This document shows, one piece after another, positions 25,401-38,108 of a DNA stretch of 64,000 nt. The position numbers and the translations under genes are program-made. Numbering within the stretch: position 1 is the stretch's first letter; each line of letters opens with the position of its first letter. The notes under the pieces were generated by a model. The model made no database searches, was not told the origin of the DNA, and worked only from the letters and a program-made list of their open reading frames with translations. Origin of the DNA: Daphnia carinata. Its lineage: Eukaryota. Where the stretch lies: contig NC_081333.1 in the NCBI RefSeq assembly GCF_022539665.2, forward strand, positions 9,362,001 through 9,426,000. The letters run 5' to 3'.

Positions 25401-28238
25401 TTAATTGGGATGAACGATGACGAAGTCATCCAAATTCCCGTAAGTCTGTTCAAGACGAAGAGTGTTTTCGTTTGCCAGATGAAGCAGAGCTGCAAAGGCC
25501 AAGGCTACACTCAAGTTGTCAGCCATTTTCTGTGGCAGTAAACTCGGGATTTGATGATACGTCTCAGAAAATGGTTTTGGGTTTCCTACTTCAGCTTTAC
25601 TCGTAGTATTTGCGTTTGGCTGAAAAGATCGAAGTCAACGTGATAAACTAATTCATCAAAAATTCAAACTATTGCAAATGAAGGAATACCTGATTCAGCA
25701 TATTCCACATTGTCGATTTCAATCGCCTCATGTCCATCTTTTTGGCAACTTTGGCGTAATTGATCTGAATTTTAGCAACCTATCGTAAACGACAAAAATT
25801 AGCACTTGAGATATGGAGTTCTTTTTTAAAAACTGTTATACCATGTTAGGGGCTGCAATCAAATTATCACCAGAAAATTGACCGAACGTCTTTGTCCCAT
25901 CGCTCTGGCTAACAAAATCCATCGTTTGATCGTCAAACGTCATGCCAGGATCATGATGGTCATCATTCTCTGAGTCGGCGTTAGCAACAGGACAGAAATT
26001 ATCAGCGTCTCTTTTATTTGCGTAGTCGTATGGCGAAAGGACGTCCTCTAAGTCATGCGAAGGCCCAGTGTTTTTGCTTGATCTCACCGATAACATGGGT
26101 CGTGTGAAGGATCTAGACACAAATTAGTAACACGTTTTAAAACAACTAACTTTGCATGAATTGATTACTTAAAAGTTACTGTGTGAATTCCTTCAGACCA
26201 TAATGTAAGTCTTCTGGAAGGGTTATCTTCTCTGGTAGCCATTGCAACAATGTAGCGCTGGTCAGCTTTGAAGTATTTTTAGCAGGATTGAAATCGTTGC
26301 CAAAATTTGGAATTTCTTCAAAATTTAGGACGAATGTGTCCTTCCGTCTTTTCTTTTTCACTTCTCGATTGGGATCAACTAAAAAATAGCATTGATATTA
26401 ATCGCCATCCATTGGACTAGGTATCGTTAAAGAATTAAGTTGTCTTACCTTTCTGACCCGGTTTGTTGAGTCGCCAATGAAGCGGCCCTGCCCATGCTGA
26501 GCGAACGGCGGCGCTAAAGTACGAGTAATCCTGTCGGTTTAGCTGATCTTTAAGTTCAATGATTCCCAGTTCCTTGCCGTTGCGGGCAAGGATCGGTACG
26601 GGATTCAGTTGACCCTCGGCATTGCGATGACGATCAGTACCTTCTTCTTCATCAATATCTTCCATTCCAATATGGATTTCGTTCTCAGAATCATTACCAC
26701 CACAAGTTTCCGGAATGGCATCCATATCAAAGGCATGATCTTCGCTAGCGGCAGGCAACGCGGAAGTTTGATATTCTTCATGTTTCCGTTTTGTTGGACT
26801 TTGAAGAACACCCATGAGATCGTCGTTGGTAGGATCCCAACTGGTGAAACTAAATCCTTTCAGAGTAGGGCAAATTTCAGCCGACTCCAATCCTATGGAC
26901 GAATTTGACCGCTTTTCAATTAGTCTGTCGACTGGAATATGAACATGAAATTTACCATGGACAGTAGGGCAGGTGATTTGTGTTTGTTCTGCAGCTTGAG
27001 ATACGGAATTGCACAACGAATCAGAATCCATAATTAACTGACATCCATCGTCCTAGTCACGGATACAATAAGAGAATTTAATTTTTATTAGTACGGCGTT
27101 ATCTTTCCACGATTGATGTGTCTCATTAATTGATACCTTCAAAATCAATGAAGTAAGAAAGTTGACACCGCCGTTACGGCCTTCATCAAACCTAGCCGAA
27201 TTCTTTTTGAACAATGGGTCGACATCATATTCCAAATCAAATTTAGACAAATTTAGATGATCTTTGTTCGTTTCGATAGTTTTCTTGTTCTTTTTCTGTA
27301 AAGGAAAACTCCATTACAACGTAGCTCTATTATAAATCATAACACTATAACTGATGATTACTCTAGTTTTTTTCTTGGCTTTAGTTGCATCATCCTGATC
27401 GCCTTCTGCCGTCTGTGCATTCCCTTCTTGTTCTTGACCTTCACTACCAGTTCTTCCTAAGCCTCCTGCCATTTTTATTGTGTCAATATGAACACAATCA
27501 ACCCGGTAAGCATAGATTTTGGTGCTGGCATCCAAAGTACAGCTTGCAGCCTACAAGCAATCATTAAGAATGGTTGGTTGTTAAACATCATCCTGAATCA
27601 AAACTAACCTGAAAGTTGTTCATCTCTGGATCCTTTTTCCTCAACATCTCAGACATGCAGTCAATGAGTTGTAAGTTAAAGGCATTTTTCATGTTAATTT
27701 TCTGTGAAAGGAATAATTGTGAATTTGAAATTGTTGTTATATTCTTGGGTGAAAATGAGTGATATGTTCTTACATTTTCTGCAGAAAGTTTAATACAGTT
27801 GGAATAATGTTCAACTAAGGCTGCATTAGTCATGCCGGTAGCAGGTCCCATAGATTTCCTACGATCAGCAGGTGTAGCTGGTGAGGACAAGTTTTGTTGT
27901 TGGAGTTCAGCCGCCCTCTGTTTTTGCCTCTCTCGTAACTCTTTTTCATCATTATTCTGCAAGTTGGAGGTGTGATGAACTATCTTCAAAATAGCAGACA
28001 GGCAATATGTTTTAGAACTTATACGTACCGGTGCAGTTTTTGATAGGTCAAATTGTAGTCCAGTAACAATTTCTCCGTGTAGTGGTTCTAGCAAAACAAC
28101 TGGAGACATATTGGCTCCAATCGATTTTCGGACTTTCGGGCTGTTGAAAAGCGATATGCTTTTTCGCGAATTAGAAACAGATTTCGATGCCATTCTTTCT
28201 GGCATTGGCGTCTTGTTGACAGCCATCGCAACAGCCAT
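25401..28238 (-). CDS. NCAPH: Condensin complex subunit 2 (CAP-H/Barren kleisin), multi-exon
   Basis: Cnd2 motifs: HYSNCIKLSAENKINMKNAFNLQLID, NFQAASCTLDASTKIYAYRVDCVH, DVDPLFKKNSARFDEG, DYSYF..WAGPLHWR, LPEDLHY, and the C-terminal NLSVALAFAALLHLANENTLRL. Stop at 25403-25401. Confidence 0.95.
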
Positions 28239-28390
28239 TAAATTTCTTAATCGTAGACGACAATAAACTTAACTATAGGACGTGTCGAAACTGAAAATGG
28301 TGGAAGGCCATCAACTATTGACACCTGAGTCCTACACAGTGTTGATGTAAACAAACAAGACTAAAATTCGATTTGCTTGGATCTGTCCGT

Positions 28391-28409
28391 TTCGAAACCA
28401 AGCGGGAAA
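28391..28409. promoter_or_regulatory. E2F site (GCGGGAAA) next to a CHR-like TTCGAA in the divergent NCAPH/Ku80 promoter
   Basis: GCGGGAAA at 28402-28409 (TTTCCCGC on the minus strand) and TTCGAA at 28391, ~155-170 bp upstream of the NCAPH ATG. Confidence 0.45.
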
Positions 28410-30053
28410 TCAAAGATGGAGGAAAAAAGTTTTCAGCTTTTTCAAACTAGGGTGCGTTCATAGAGAGCGTAAGGCAAAGCGCAGAGAGTTGTCTGCGTTC
28501 TTCACTTGTTCTGAACTCCGTTTTTCTACGTGGGGTAGTCTGTCGTGTGCTCGTGTCCTGGTGTGAGGCTATGAACTTGTGAGCGGGTAAAATTTCAGCT
28601 GTGGTCTCCGACTGTGGAATGAAAAGTATTACGAATATTCATGCGTTTTTGCAAAATGATGTCTAATTCACGTAGTGTTAATATTTTATTGTTTGAAATC
28701 AATTTTAAAAAACACTGGCATCTACAACTTACCTCTGAAATTGAGTCGTTGTAGAAACAGATGTCTATTGTAATAATTCGTATGTTGTTTGATAGAGGTT
28801 CATGAAAAACTATTAATTGATTGACACTTATATTTTCAGGCTACATTATGGCTGGGGTTTTCTACGAAACTATCTACCTTTTGGTGCCATTGGTCGGTGG
28901 GCATGCTCTGCAGAAAAATACACTGCCAACAAATTGGCGCCATTTAGCAAGTTGGCGCCAAATTGTAGGTGACATGTTCCATGAAGAACCATAATTTCTG
29001 ATGGCTTCATCGAACACTGACCTATTTTTTCATACGGTAAGCAGCATTTCCTTTTTGCTCTTCATCATCGTCGTAATTATTATAGACATAATCATCATTG
29101 TACTGTTCACCTTGAGGTATACTTTGCGATTCAGTTTGCGTCAACACTTGCACGATTTCAATTTCGTAATGGTCATGAACGTATAGCCCTTCAACAGAAG
29201 AAATCCCCCATTAAGCAATACGAGCCATAGTTTGAACCAGTTGCACCTTGGGCAAAATGTGTGTCCTTATCATTTAATGTGATGTTAATACCTCTTACGA
29301 ACTGGCAATTATGACGGTTAGAGTATTTCGAGATTTCATAAACTTAAAACGTGGACAACAACCTCTCTTCTGCTCTGCAGGTAGCATTTTTATAGTATAC
29401 AAAACATTGCGCCATTATTGTGTAGCGTACGATAGAAAGGGTTATGAGTTATTGCAGTTTATTGCCGGAACCAGCGGTCGGATGCGTTATGGATATATAG
29501 CTTAGATAAGTGTCAATTTATTGCGTATCCTACTGCCCACAACGTGCAAAAAATGTAACGAGGAAATGCAAACAGTCGTTCATTTAAGGTCGGAACATGT
29601 AAGTTAATTTCAATTCTGTTTAACATTCGGTGATTCGTGCAAAGAACTTGCTGACGCAAACATCGCGCATGCAAGGTGTTGTCGCTTGATTTGGTTATTT
29701 CTTTAAGACAAGGAAGTCAATTTAAGAGCTAACTTATTGAGTTTCGTCTCATCATTATTACAATCAACTGAGTCTTTTTATGTAGAACTCTAATAATCAT
29801 TTGGTTTGTTACGTATCGATGAAAGTATTGAAAATTCTTTTTTTGTTGGGTAATTTTGAACTGCACCTTCCCGCCATTCCCAGGACATCTGCTGACTTTC
29901 ATTCACGTGCAGACGACGTTGGTCCTTGAAATGTTCAAATTTAATATCGACTTTGTTATTGTGTTTGAAAGAGTACGTAATAGTAACGAAACAAAATTGC
30001 ATGTGCGTTTGCACGTTTTCTGTTAGGTAGGTTATAAAAATCATCTAGCAATC

Positions 30054-33000
30054 ATGTCGTATGCAAAAAAGTATAGTCCGAACCAGTCTGCTAATCGCCC
30101 TAGAACTAAATCTTTAAAACAAAAAGTAAGTTTTCATTTTCGTTGTTCCTTCATCAACGTACATTTTGTCAAATTGACAAATCTTTTTTTATAGAATGGA
30201 TATGTCTTGATAGCTGACATTGGATTAGCATCTTCAAGACTACTGCCAAATAAGAGAACATTTTCCGAACAGGTTAAAGATTGCCTTATTATATTCATAC
30301 AGCAAAAGGTATTTTTTTTTTTTTTGTAAATGTTTTATTTTGGTAACTTAGTAATCTTATTCTATCCCAGATATTTATAAACAATGCTTCAGATGATATT
30401 GCCATTATTTTGTGTGGATCAGACACCACAAAAAATAGCCTTGGTTATCAGAATATTCAAGTTCTCTGGGATATGGACAAAGTCAGCTGGGAGGCAGCTA
30501 AATGTGTAAATGAAATTGTCAGAACAAAAAATTTTGAAGGAGACTGGATGGATGCATTAGGTGTTGCATTGGACTTGGTTCACAGAAATGTGAAAGCTGG
30601 AAATGTTTATGACACCATTCAGATTATTTTTTTCACTAAATTTGAATCACCTTTCAAAACATCTGAAAGAACTCAGAAAGCCTACATCTCTGCCCTGTTA
30701 GCTGAACAAACGAGTTTCTTTATTGTGGGATCAAATTTAGATCAAGATTCTCTAGGAGATGAGAAAAAGATGAACAAAGGAGAATCAGTTGCTTATCAAC
30801 TTATACAAGAGGTAACATTATTGAAGGAGTAGCTAACAATAATATATTTATTCACCATATTTCATACAGGCTAGTGGTGCATTTTACAGCTTTGGAGATT
30901 TTTCTGCTAGTATGCTTCATTATACAGAGCAACCGAAACTCGGAGCACCATGGAATGTAACTCTAGATATTGGATCTAAAATTAAGATCCCAATTTCAGC
31001 CTACATAAAAGTAATTATAATACCTTTGTTTTTGTTGTGAATGAAAAGTAACGACAGAATCACTTTAATATTTTAATTTTAGGTAAAAAAAAGTGAAAGC
31101 CTGAGATGGATTGAAGAAACTAATACTGAAGAAGCTCTCGTTGATAGAGAAAGAACCTATCAGAAGGAACAGTCAAATGCAATGATAGACAGAGAGGACG
31201 TTATATCTGCTTATAAATATGGCTCCAAGCTCATCCCGGTTTCAAGTACTTACCGTTGATTTACACGGCCATGGCCCTTTTGTAACTGTTTCTATTGGTT
31301 TTGTTACAAATTAGTTGAAGAGGAGAAGCATTGGAGTTACAAATCAGGAAACAGGTGTTTGTCAGTCTTAGCCTTCGTGGATCCCATTCCACCACAATTT
31401 GGCTCGGGAACTGGGACGAAGTTTATTTTTCCTCACCGGAAAGCCGGGGTCGTGGATCGTGTAAGATCATTTTAGAAATAATGTTTTCTCTTTTAGTAAC
31501 GAAGCAATATTCCATTTCTTCGCATCTAAAATCCAAATATGTTTCTTTTTTCTCTTATTTGTAGAGTGCACAAATTGCTCTTTCAGCTTTGGTTAACGCA
31601 ATGGCAGAAGCTGGCAAAGTTGCGATAGTCAGACATGTTTATAATAACAATACCCGGCTTGCAATCGGAGTTCTGGCGCCTCGAATAAAATTCAAATATG
31701 AGGTTTGATGTCGGTTTTAATCAATATTTTGAAGTGTTTCATTGCTCAACCTTATCGACAGTGTTTAGTATTCCACGAATTACCTTTCGCAGAAGATTGG
31801 CGCCAATATGAATTTTCACCGATAATCACTCCGAAAAGTAAACCTAGCGCCGAACAGGTGGAAGCAATCGATGAATTGATTGACAGATTAGATTTGAGTA
31901 GTGCTGAAGAATTTAACTCAACCAAAATGTCTGATCCCTACGAAGAATATATCCGCAACGTAATCGGCTTCAAAGTGTTGAACCCCGACGACCCGCTACT
32001 TGACATTCCGCCCCACATCAAAATGAACCTCCAACCAGCGCCGTCGCTTATGGAAGGAGTTAAAGATGTTTTAAATCGCATACAACAACTATTTCCGTTG
32101 CAAGTGACAGACAATCTCAAAGCCAAGAATTTCGAAACGTCAAAACGAGGGTAATTCCAATCTTAAATAACAAAAACTACATTTTGGGATAAAAATGTGT
32201 ACTTTATCAGAGCCGTTCCAGCCACGGAGGAGTACGCTGCGATAGAGAACGAGGCCAAAAAAACAAAACTTGATGAAAGCGGTGAAGTCGATCTAGAGTC
32301 TATTTTCCGAACGAAAACTGTCATCGGAGTTGGCACAGCAAACCCGGTTAAAGATTTCTCTCATCTTCTTCAAATGGGAAAGAAACCAGTAGAAGAAGTC
32401 TATGAAGAGATGTCTAAAGTGATCGTTAAACTTCTAGAAGATGGTGGAGGCACCAATGCAGCCTTAATGGACAAAGCCAAGAGTTGCGTTCAAGCTTATC
32501 GGGAGCATGCCTTGTCACAGGGCCATGTGGTGTGTTTCAACCGCTGGATGGAACAATTTAAGGAACATGCTGTCAGTAATTATTTCACCGACTTCTGGCT
32601 AAACTATGTGGCCAACTCTCGGCTCGGATTAATTACAAAAGAAGAATCATCCTTGTCAGATGTCGAGAAGCAAAAAGCTGAACAATTTCTCCGATTGTCC
32701 GGAAACGTGAACGAAATTGACTCGGTGGACGAAGACGAAGAATTGGTAAATATTTCCTTTTGTTACTTTCTTTATTCCATGAACTTGACAAAAGTTTGCA
32801 ACCGCTTTGTACCTACAGCGATTAAGCTATAACACATGCTGTTTTGAACCATATCGTTAAACTGAAGTGAGACCATTTTGTCACAGACAGCATGTGAAAT
32901 CACCTGCTGCGTTGGAGAACAAATCTGCCCTACATACGCAGCTTATTTGAGCCCTATTGTTCCTCGTATTACGGTGATTTCATGGATCCTTGTTAAGAAT

Positions 33001-33505
33001 TATTGTCAGGACGTTTGCCTTTTTTTTTTTCCTCGAAAATTTTCAATATTCCGCCTGTTGGTCAATCTTACTACCAAAAAAAGTAGGTTTTAGCTCGCAC
33101 GCTGGTTTTGGGTAAACGACAGGGGGATTTGAGGGTGGGGGATAGGTATGCTGCCGCCAGTTTCTCATCGTTACGGCGGAAGGTGAACAACCTTAATATT
33201 TTCTTTTTGTACAAAAAATGAATCAAAGCTCAGCTGACGGTTTTTGTGGTTTCCAGTTGACTTTCTTCGAGTTTAAAATTAACTTGTGGTGGCGATTTCG
33301 ATTTAGCAATAGTGATAATAGCGATGCACATCATTGGAACCATTTGGTTTTGTAGGTTTATTTCGAACTCTTACACGCTTTCGTACACAGAAGACATCAG
33401 TGTCTTGATTAAAATGACGTTTTGGCTTGTTATTCAGTTCTGTTATTCGCCTTGTCTAATTAACATGTTTGGTTGTTTTTGTTTCAGCTCAATTTGATTG
33501 AATGA
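30054..33505 (+). CDS. XRCC5: Ku80 (X-ray repair cross-complementing protein 5), multi-exon
   Basis: vWA start NGYVLIADIG; GDWMDALGVALD; WNVTLDIGSKIKIPISAYIK; YKYGSKLIPVS; FHELPFAEDWRQYEF..PSAEQVEAIDELID; VGTANPVKDF; KAKSCVQAYRE; LGLITKEES. The acidic end DEDEEL splices (donor 32746) to a micro-exon at 33488-33505 (LNLIE*), restoring a DDLLDM-like tail. Confidence 0.92.
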
Positions 33506-34201
33506 AGTCCAGGTGGCCAGCAGTTGGGTGATGGGAGCAATGTACGATATGGCAAGTAATTGTCTAAGCTACTCTTGCCCTGAAATCTTTTCCCATCTGT
33601 AAAAATATTTTCTACTGTCTTCTTGTAATCCCTGCATTATTCCAATGTCCCCGTGTTCCGCACGACTTGCGTTGCTGCGAACGGGGCGTTTCACCTTGTC
33701 GATTATTGCACGATTGAATTTGTTGAATTCATGGTTTAGTCAAGGTTGATTGAAAAGTTCAGTTAGACGAATGAATTTATGTTTTTGATCATACGAGGTA
33801 AGTATATCCCAAGAATCCCGTTTCCACTTCTATTGAAACCTGATAATAACGCACTTGGCGAAAAGAGTCTTGTGTTGATGCAGCCGCCGTGTAGAATGTT
33901 TCGAGTCGGTGAATGTATGTCGCAAAAGATGGGCGCAAATAAATTGGATGGTCTGGCTGAGTTGTAATAACCGTCGTGGACAAGAATCAACACAGCAGCA
34001 GCCGCTGCGCTTGCTGTTGAAAGACACGGGTGTAGCGGCCATGGCTGGCAGAGCGAATAACCCATAGCTAACGGGCCGCATAGCAGTGGATGGTTGTTGG
34101 CAGCTGGTGTGGCAGTCCAGCACATTTTAGATGAAGAGCAAAGTTAGCCCGTCTATTTCAACAGTCATTCTTCTGGTTCCGTGTAAGAAGCACCTTCCAC
34201 C

Positions 34202-34630
34202 ATGCGGTTCTTCATGCTTGCAATGGCGCTGTGCTACGCCTCTGCACGTAATATCACTTCGAATCCCAACACCAGATACATACAGGTAAAATTTTATTGC
34301 ATTATGATAGTTTCTTTATCCTTAATCATTAATATGAAATTCTTTGTTTTCTCCATTTGAACAGGGAAATAATACTGATGAAAAAGAAGCTATTAGTTTC
34401 CTATCGGCGTACGACCGTGAAGCAAGCGCAATGTGTAACAATGTTATGAACACTCAATGGGATTTCAACACTAACATAACCGAGGCAACTAAACAGCGAA
34501 TGGTGAGTACACATTTTAAATATGAGTTTTGCCCAAAAGACGTGATAATGTATTTAAGTAAAGTTGTGAGATGAGGTGTAAATTCCAATGGGAACGAAGC
34601 TTCCGCACAGGTTTCTCATCTAAAATTTAT

Positions 34631-34666
<36 letters not shown>

Positions 34667-37600
34667 GTGAATCGTCTGTTTTAAAGGCCCCTGAGCTCCA
34701 AAGAAATCTAGCAAGTAAAACATGGTCATTGTGGTGTGTGAAAGTACAGTTTGGACTATCTGGCGGGTCCAACATGTAATAATCTGTAAGACGACGGCAG
34801 ATGGTCAACTGAGAGTTCTGCCTTACGGTTTTTTTTTCTCCCTTCTGTTCGTCTTTTAGCTCGCGGATGTGTTAGACAAAAATAACCAAAGAAAAAAGTA
34901 ATAATAAAATACCGAATGAGGAAGTGTTAGTCATAATCTGCCGCAAGTGTTTTACTTCCTGATCGGCAATTTAATTGGGCCCAATCTAATCCCAGTCGCA
35001 AGTTTCCCTAGCATTCACCTGTTTTATACTCTTATCCCAGAAATTAAATCAATGAGGTTCATCTGCCTCTGGGTGTTAACGCCCTTCTTAAAACCTGTTT
35101 AGCGATGCGATAACAACAAATTGCGGCGTTTGCTGCCGTATCAAATCGTTTGTTCCAACTCGCGGTACGTTGCCCATTTAACACTACTTGAACACTATTT
35201 TTGTTTTCGTAAATGTCAGAAGACCAAAGGCCGAATGCTTTCTTCTGAATTTTTTTTTTTTTTTTTTTAAGAATGCCCCAAAGATGACTATTAACATACC
35301 AGGTCGACGTGCTGTATCGACCCCAGATCCAGACTAAAAAACAATATGAATGCTTCTCTCTTTTTTTAAGCACCAGCTGTTGTGTTAACAATCATTTCCC
35401 AAGTTTCATTTTCGCCATGTAATCAAACAGCTATTTTCTTTCTTCTTGTTTTGCCTCGTGGAACGAGGGTCATCGACCCTCAAGTAGAGCCATCGTGTTA
35501 CAGTTTTTGGCACTGGGCGATTAGTCTTAGTCGATCTAACGGAAACAATGAAACTATCCATATAAAATTACATATTCCAGTTGGAAACTCAGTTAGAGTA
35601 CGCCAAGTTCCAGAAGGACGTTTGGGCAACGGCCACGACGTTTAAATGGAAAACTTTCCGCGATCCCAGCATCCGTCGCCAATTCAAGGTCCTGTCCGTC
35701 CTTGGAAGAGCAGCCTTATCCGAAGAAAAACTCAAAGAGGTAAAGAAAATGTGTGCTACCCGAGCATTTTGTTTCTCTGAATAATGTATGACTTTGTTGG
35801 ATTTTAGATTCAACAACTCTTGGCAGATATGCGGGATATTTATAGCCGGAATCGGGTTTGCCCTTATGTCAAACCGCCCAAGAATACATCGCTCCCAATC
35901 CGTCCGGAATCCATTAAATGCAACCTTGCGCTAGATCCGGGTACTTTGTATTTCATAACATTTAGTCTGTTAACTAAAAGCTCATTCTGAATGGTCGTTT
36001 ACAGATTTGACCCGTATAATGGCCAAATCTAAAGATATAAACGAATTAACACATATGTGGACCCAGTGGCATGATGAGACAGGACGCCCGCTAAGGTCCA
36101 AATTCATACGCTACGTGGAACTCTCCAACGAAGCCGCTCGTTTAAACGGTACGTAACACAACACAAATAAACTATTTACTTTAATTATTTTAGAAAAAGA
36201 TCCATGTGTCGTATTCTGCTGTTAGCTGTTTCTGTGGAACAATGGCCATTAGCCAATTCCACTTATGTGCAATATCTTTAAATGCATTTGACGCGAATTG
36301 CTTGAAACGTTGATGGTATTTTGGGAAGTATTATCCTCGGTAAAGAGCTTAATGACGAATGACGATTTCCAGGTTTTAAAGACACTGGGGATCAATGGAG
36401 AGCCTCGTATGACATTGAAGACTTCAACTCTGAGCTCGAGGAATTGTGGATGGGATTACGGCCACTTTACCAGCAGCTCCATGCCTACGTCCGGCGAAGG
36501 TTACATTTCCAATATGGAAAAATTGTACCTCTGGATGGACCGATCCCTGCACATCTATTGGGCAATATGTGGGCTCAGTCATGGAGCAATCTATACGAGA
36601 CAACGGTTCCATTTCCAAATAAAAATAGCATGGACGTCACCCTGAGTCTTAAGCGTCAAGGCTATGATCCGGTGCGGATGTTCCAACTGGCTGATCAATT
36701 CTTTGTTTCGCTTGGCATGAAATCCGTTCCAGACTCGTTCTGGACGGATTCCATGTTGGAGAAACCGCTAGATCGCGAAGTAGTCTGCCATGCGTCCGCC
36801 TGGGACTTTTGTAACGGACGTGACTTCCGCATAAAACAATGCACAGAAATCACAATGGAAGATTTGACCACTGCCCACCATGAGCTCGGACACATCCAAT
36901 ATTGTAAGTGTCGTAAACATATGCAGATTGAACCCACGCCAGATCTTCATGGACATGTTACTTATTTCACCCCTGTCCTTTACAGACATGCAATACGTGA
37001 ATCAACCGTTAGCCTTCAGGGAGGGAGCCAACCCAGGTAATCGGCGTGCATATGATCATGAATTTTGTAGAAGTTTACAGCCCTTATTTCCGTATAACAT
37101 TAGGTTTTCATGAGGCAATCGGAGATGTCATCGCGTTGTCAGTCTCAACACCCAAACATATGCAAAAAATAGGTTTGCTGGATAATGCAACAGACGATCT
37201 AGAAGTCGACATCAACCATCTTTATTCTATGGCTCTGGACAAAATTGCTTTTCTGCCTTTTGGCTATTTGTTGGATCAGGTTAGGTGAAAGGAGGACGCT
37301 TGAAAATCAATGTTGTTTTCAATTAATTTCTTTTTGGTGGTATAGTGGCGCTGGAAGGTATTTAGTGGCGAAATTCCTTTCGATCAAATGAACAAAGTTT
37401 GGTGGGACCTCCGACTGCGTTATCAGGGCGTTGCTCCCCCAGTAAATCGAACTGAGCACGATTTTGATCCGGGAGCAAAATATCACGTTCCGGCCAACAC
37501 GCCGTATATCAGGTTAGTTAATTCTACAATGATAGTCAGATTACTGTAAATTGATTTTAATGTGAAGTATATGAACATTCCTGATCTCTTGTTGCAGATA

Positions 37601-38108
37601 TTTCGTCAGTTTCGTGCTTCAGTTTCAGTTGCATAAGGTGTTATGCGAAGCATCCGGTCATGTGGGTCCTTTGCACAAATGCGATATTTATCAGTCAAGA
37701 GAGGCCGGGAAATTATTAGCGTAATGCATTCTTATTGTTGCGCGTGGCAGCCAAGCATGCAGTAAAAAATTTTTATTTCCTGAATGCAGGGAATTGCTAA
37801 AGTTGGGTTCATCTAAACCATGGCCTGATGCCATCCGAATTCTTACTCGCGGTCGAACCAGCAGAATGGATCCCGGTGCAATCTTGGAATATTTTGAACC
37901 GTTGATTGAATGGCTGAAAAAACAGAATGTTGAAGAAAAAGCTGGGTGGAGTAAGTTATTGCAATTTTCAATTAGGGCGTTGTTATTGCCTTTTGATTCT
38001 ACTTCCTTTATCATCGCAGGAGGCATGAACAGCGGAATCTTAATCAAAACCACCTGGATTGCTGCGCTGCTACCGCTCATTACTTTGGTATTCGCAAGAT
38101 TGTGGTAG
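34202..38108 (+). CDS. ACE: Angiotensin-converting enzyme (peptidyl-dipeptidase A, M2 family), single catalytic domain with signal peptide and hydrophobic C-terminus
   Basis: Signal [65 protein letters not shown]; zinc motif HHELGH (36876-36893); [51 protein letters not shown]. Confidence 0.96.

Noticed and set aside
33763..34125. Minus-strand ORFs between Ku80 and ACE
   Set aside because: No motifs or gene structure; probably the ACE promoter or UTR region.
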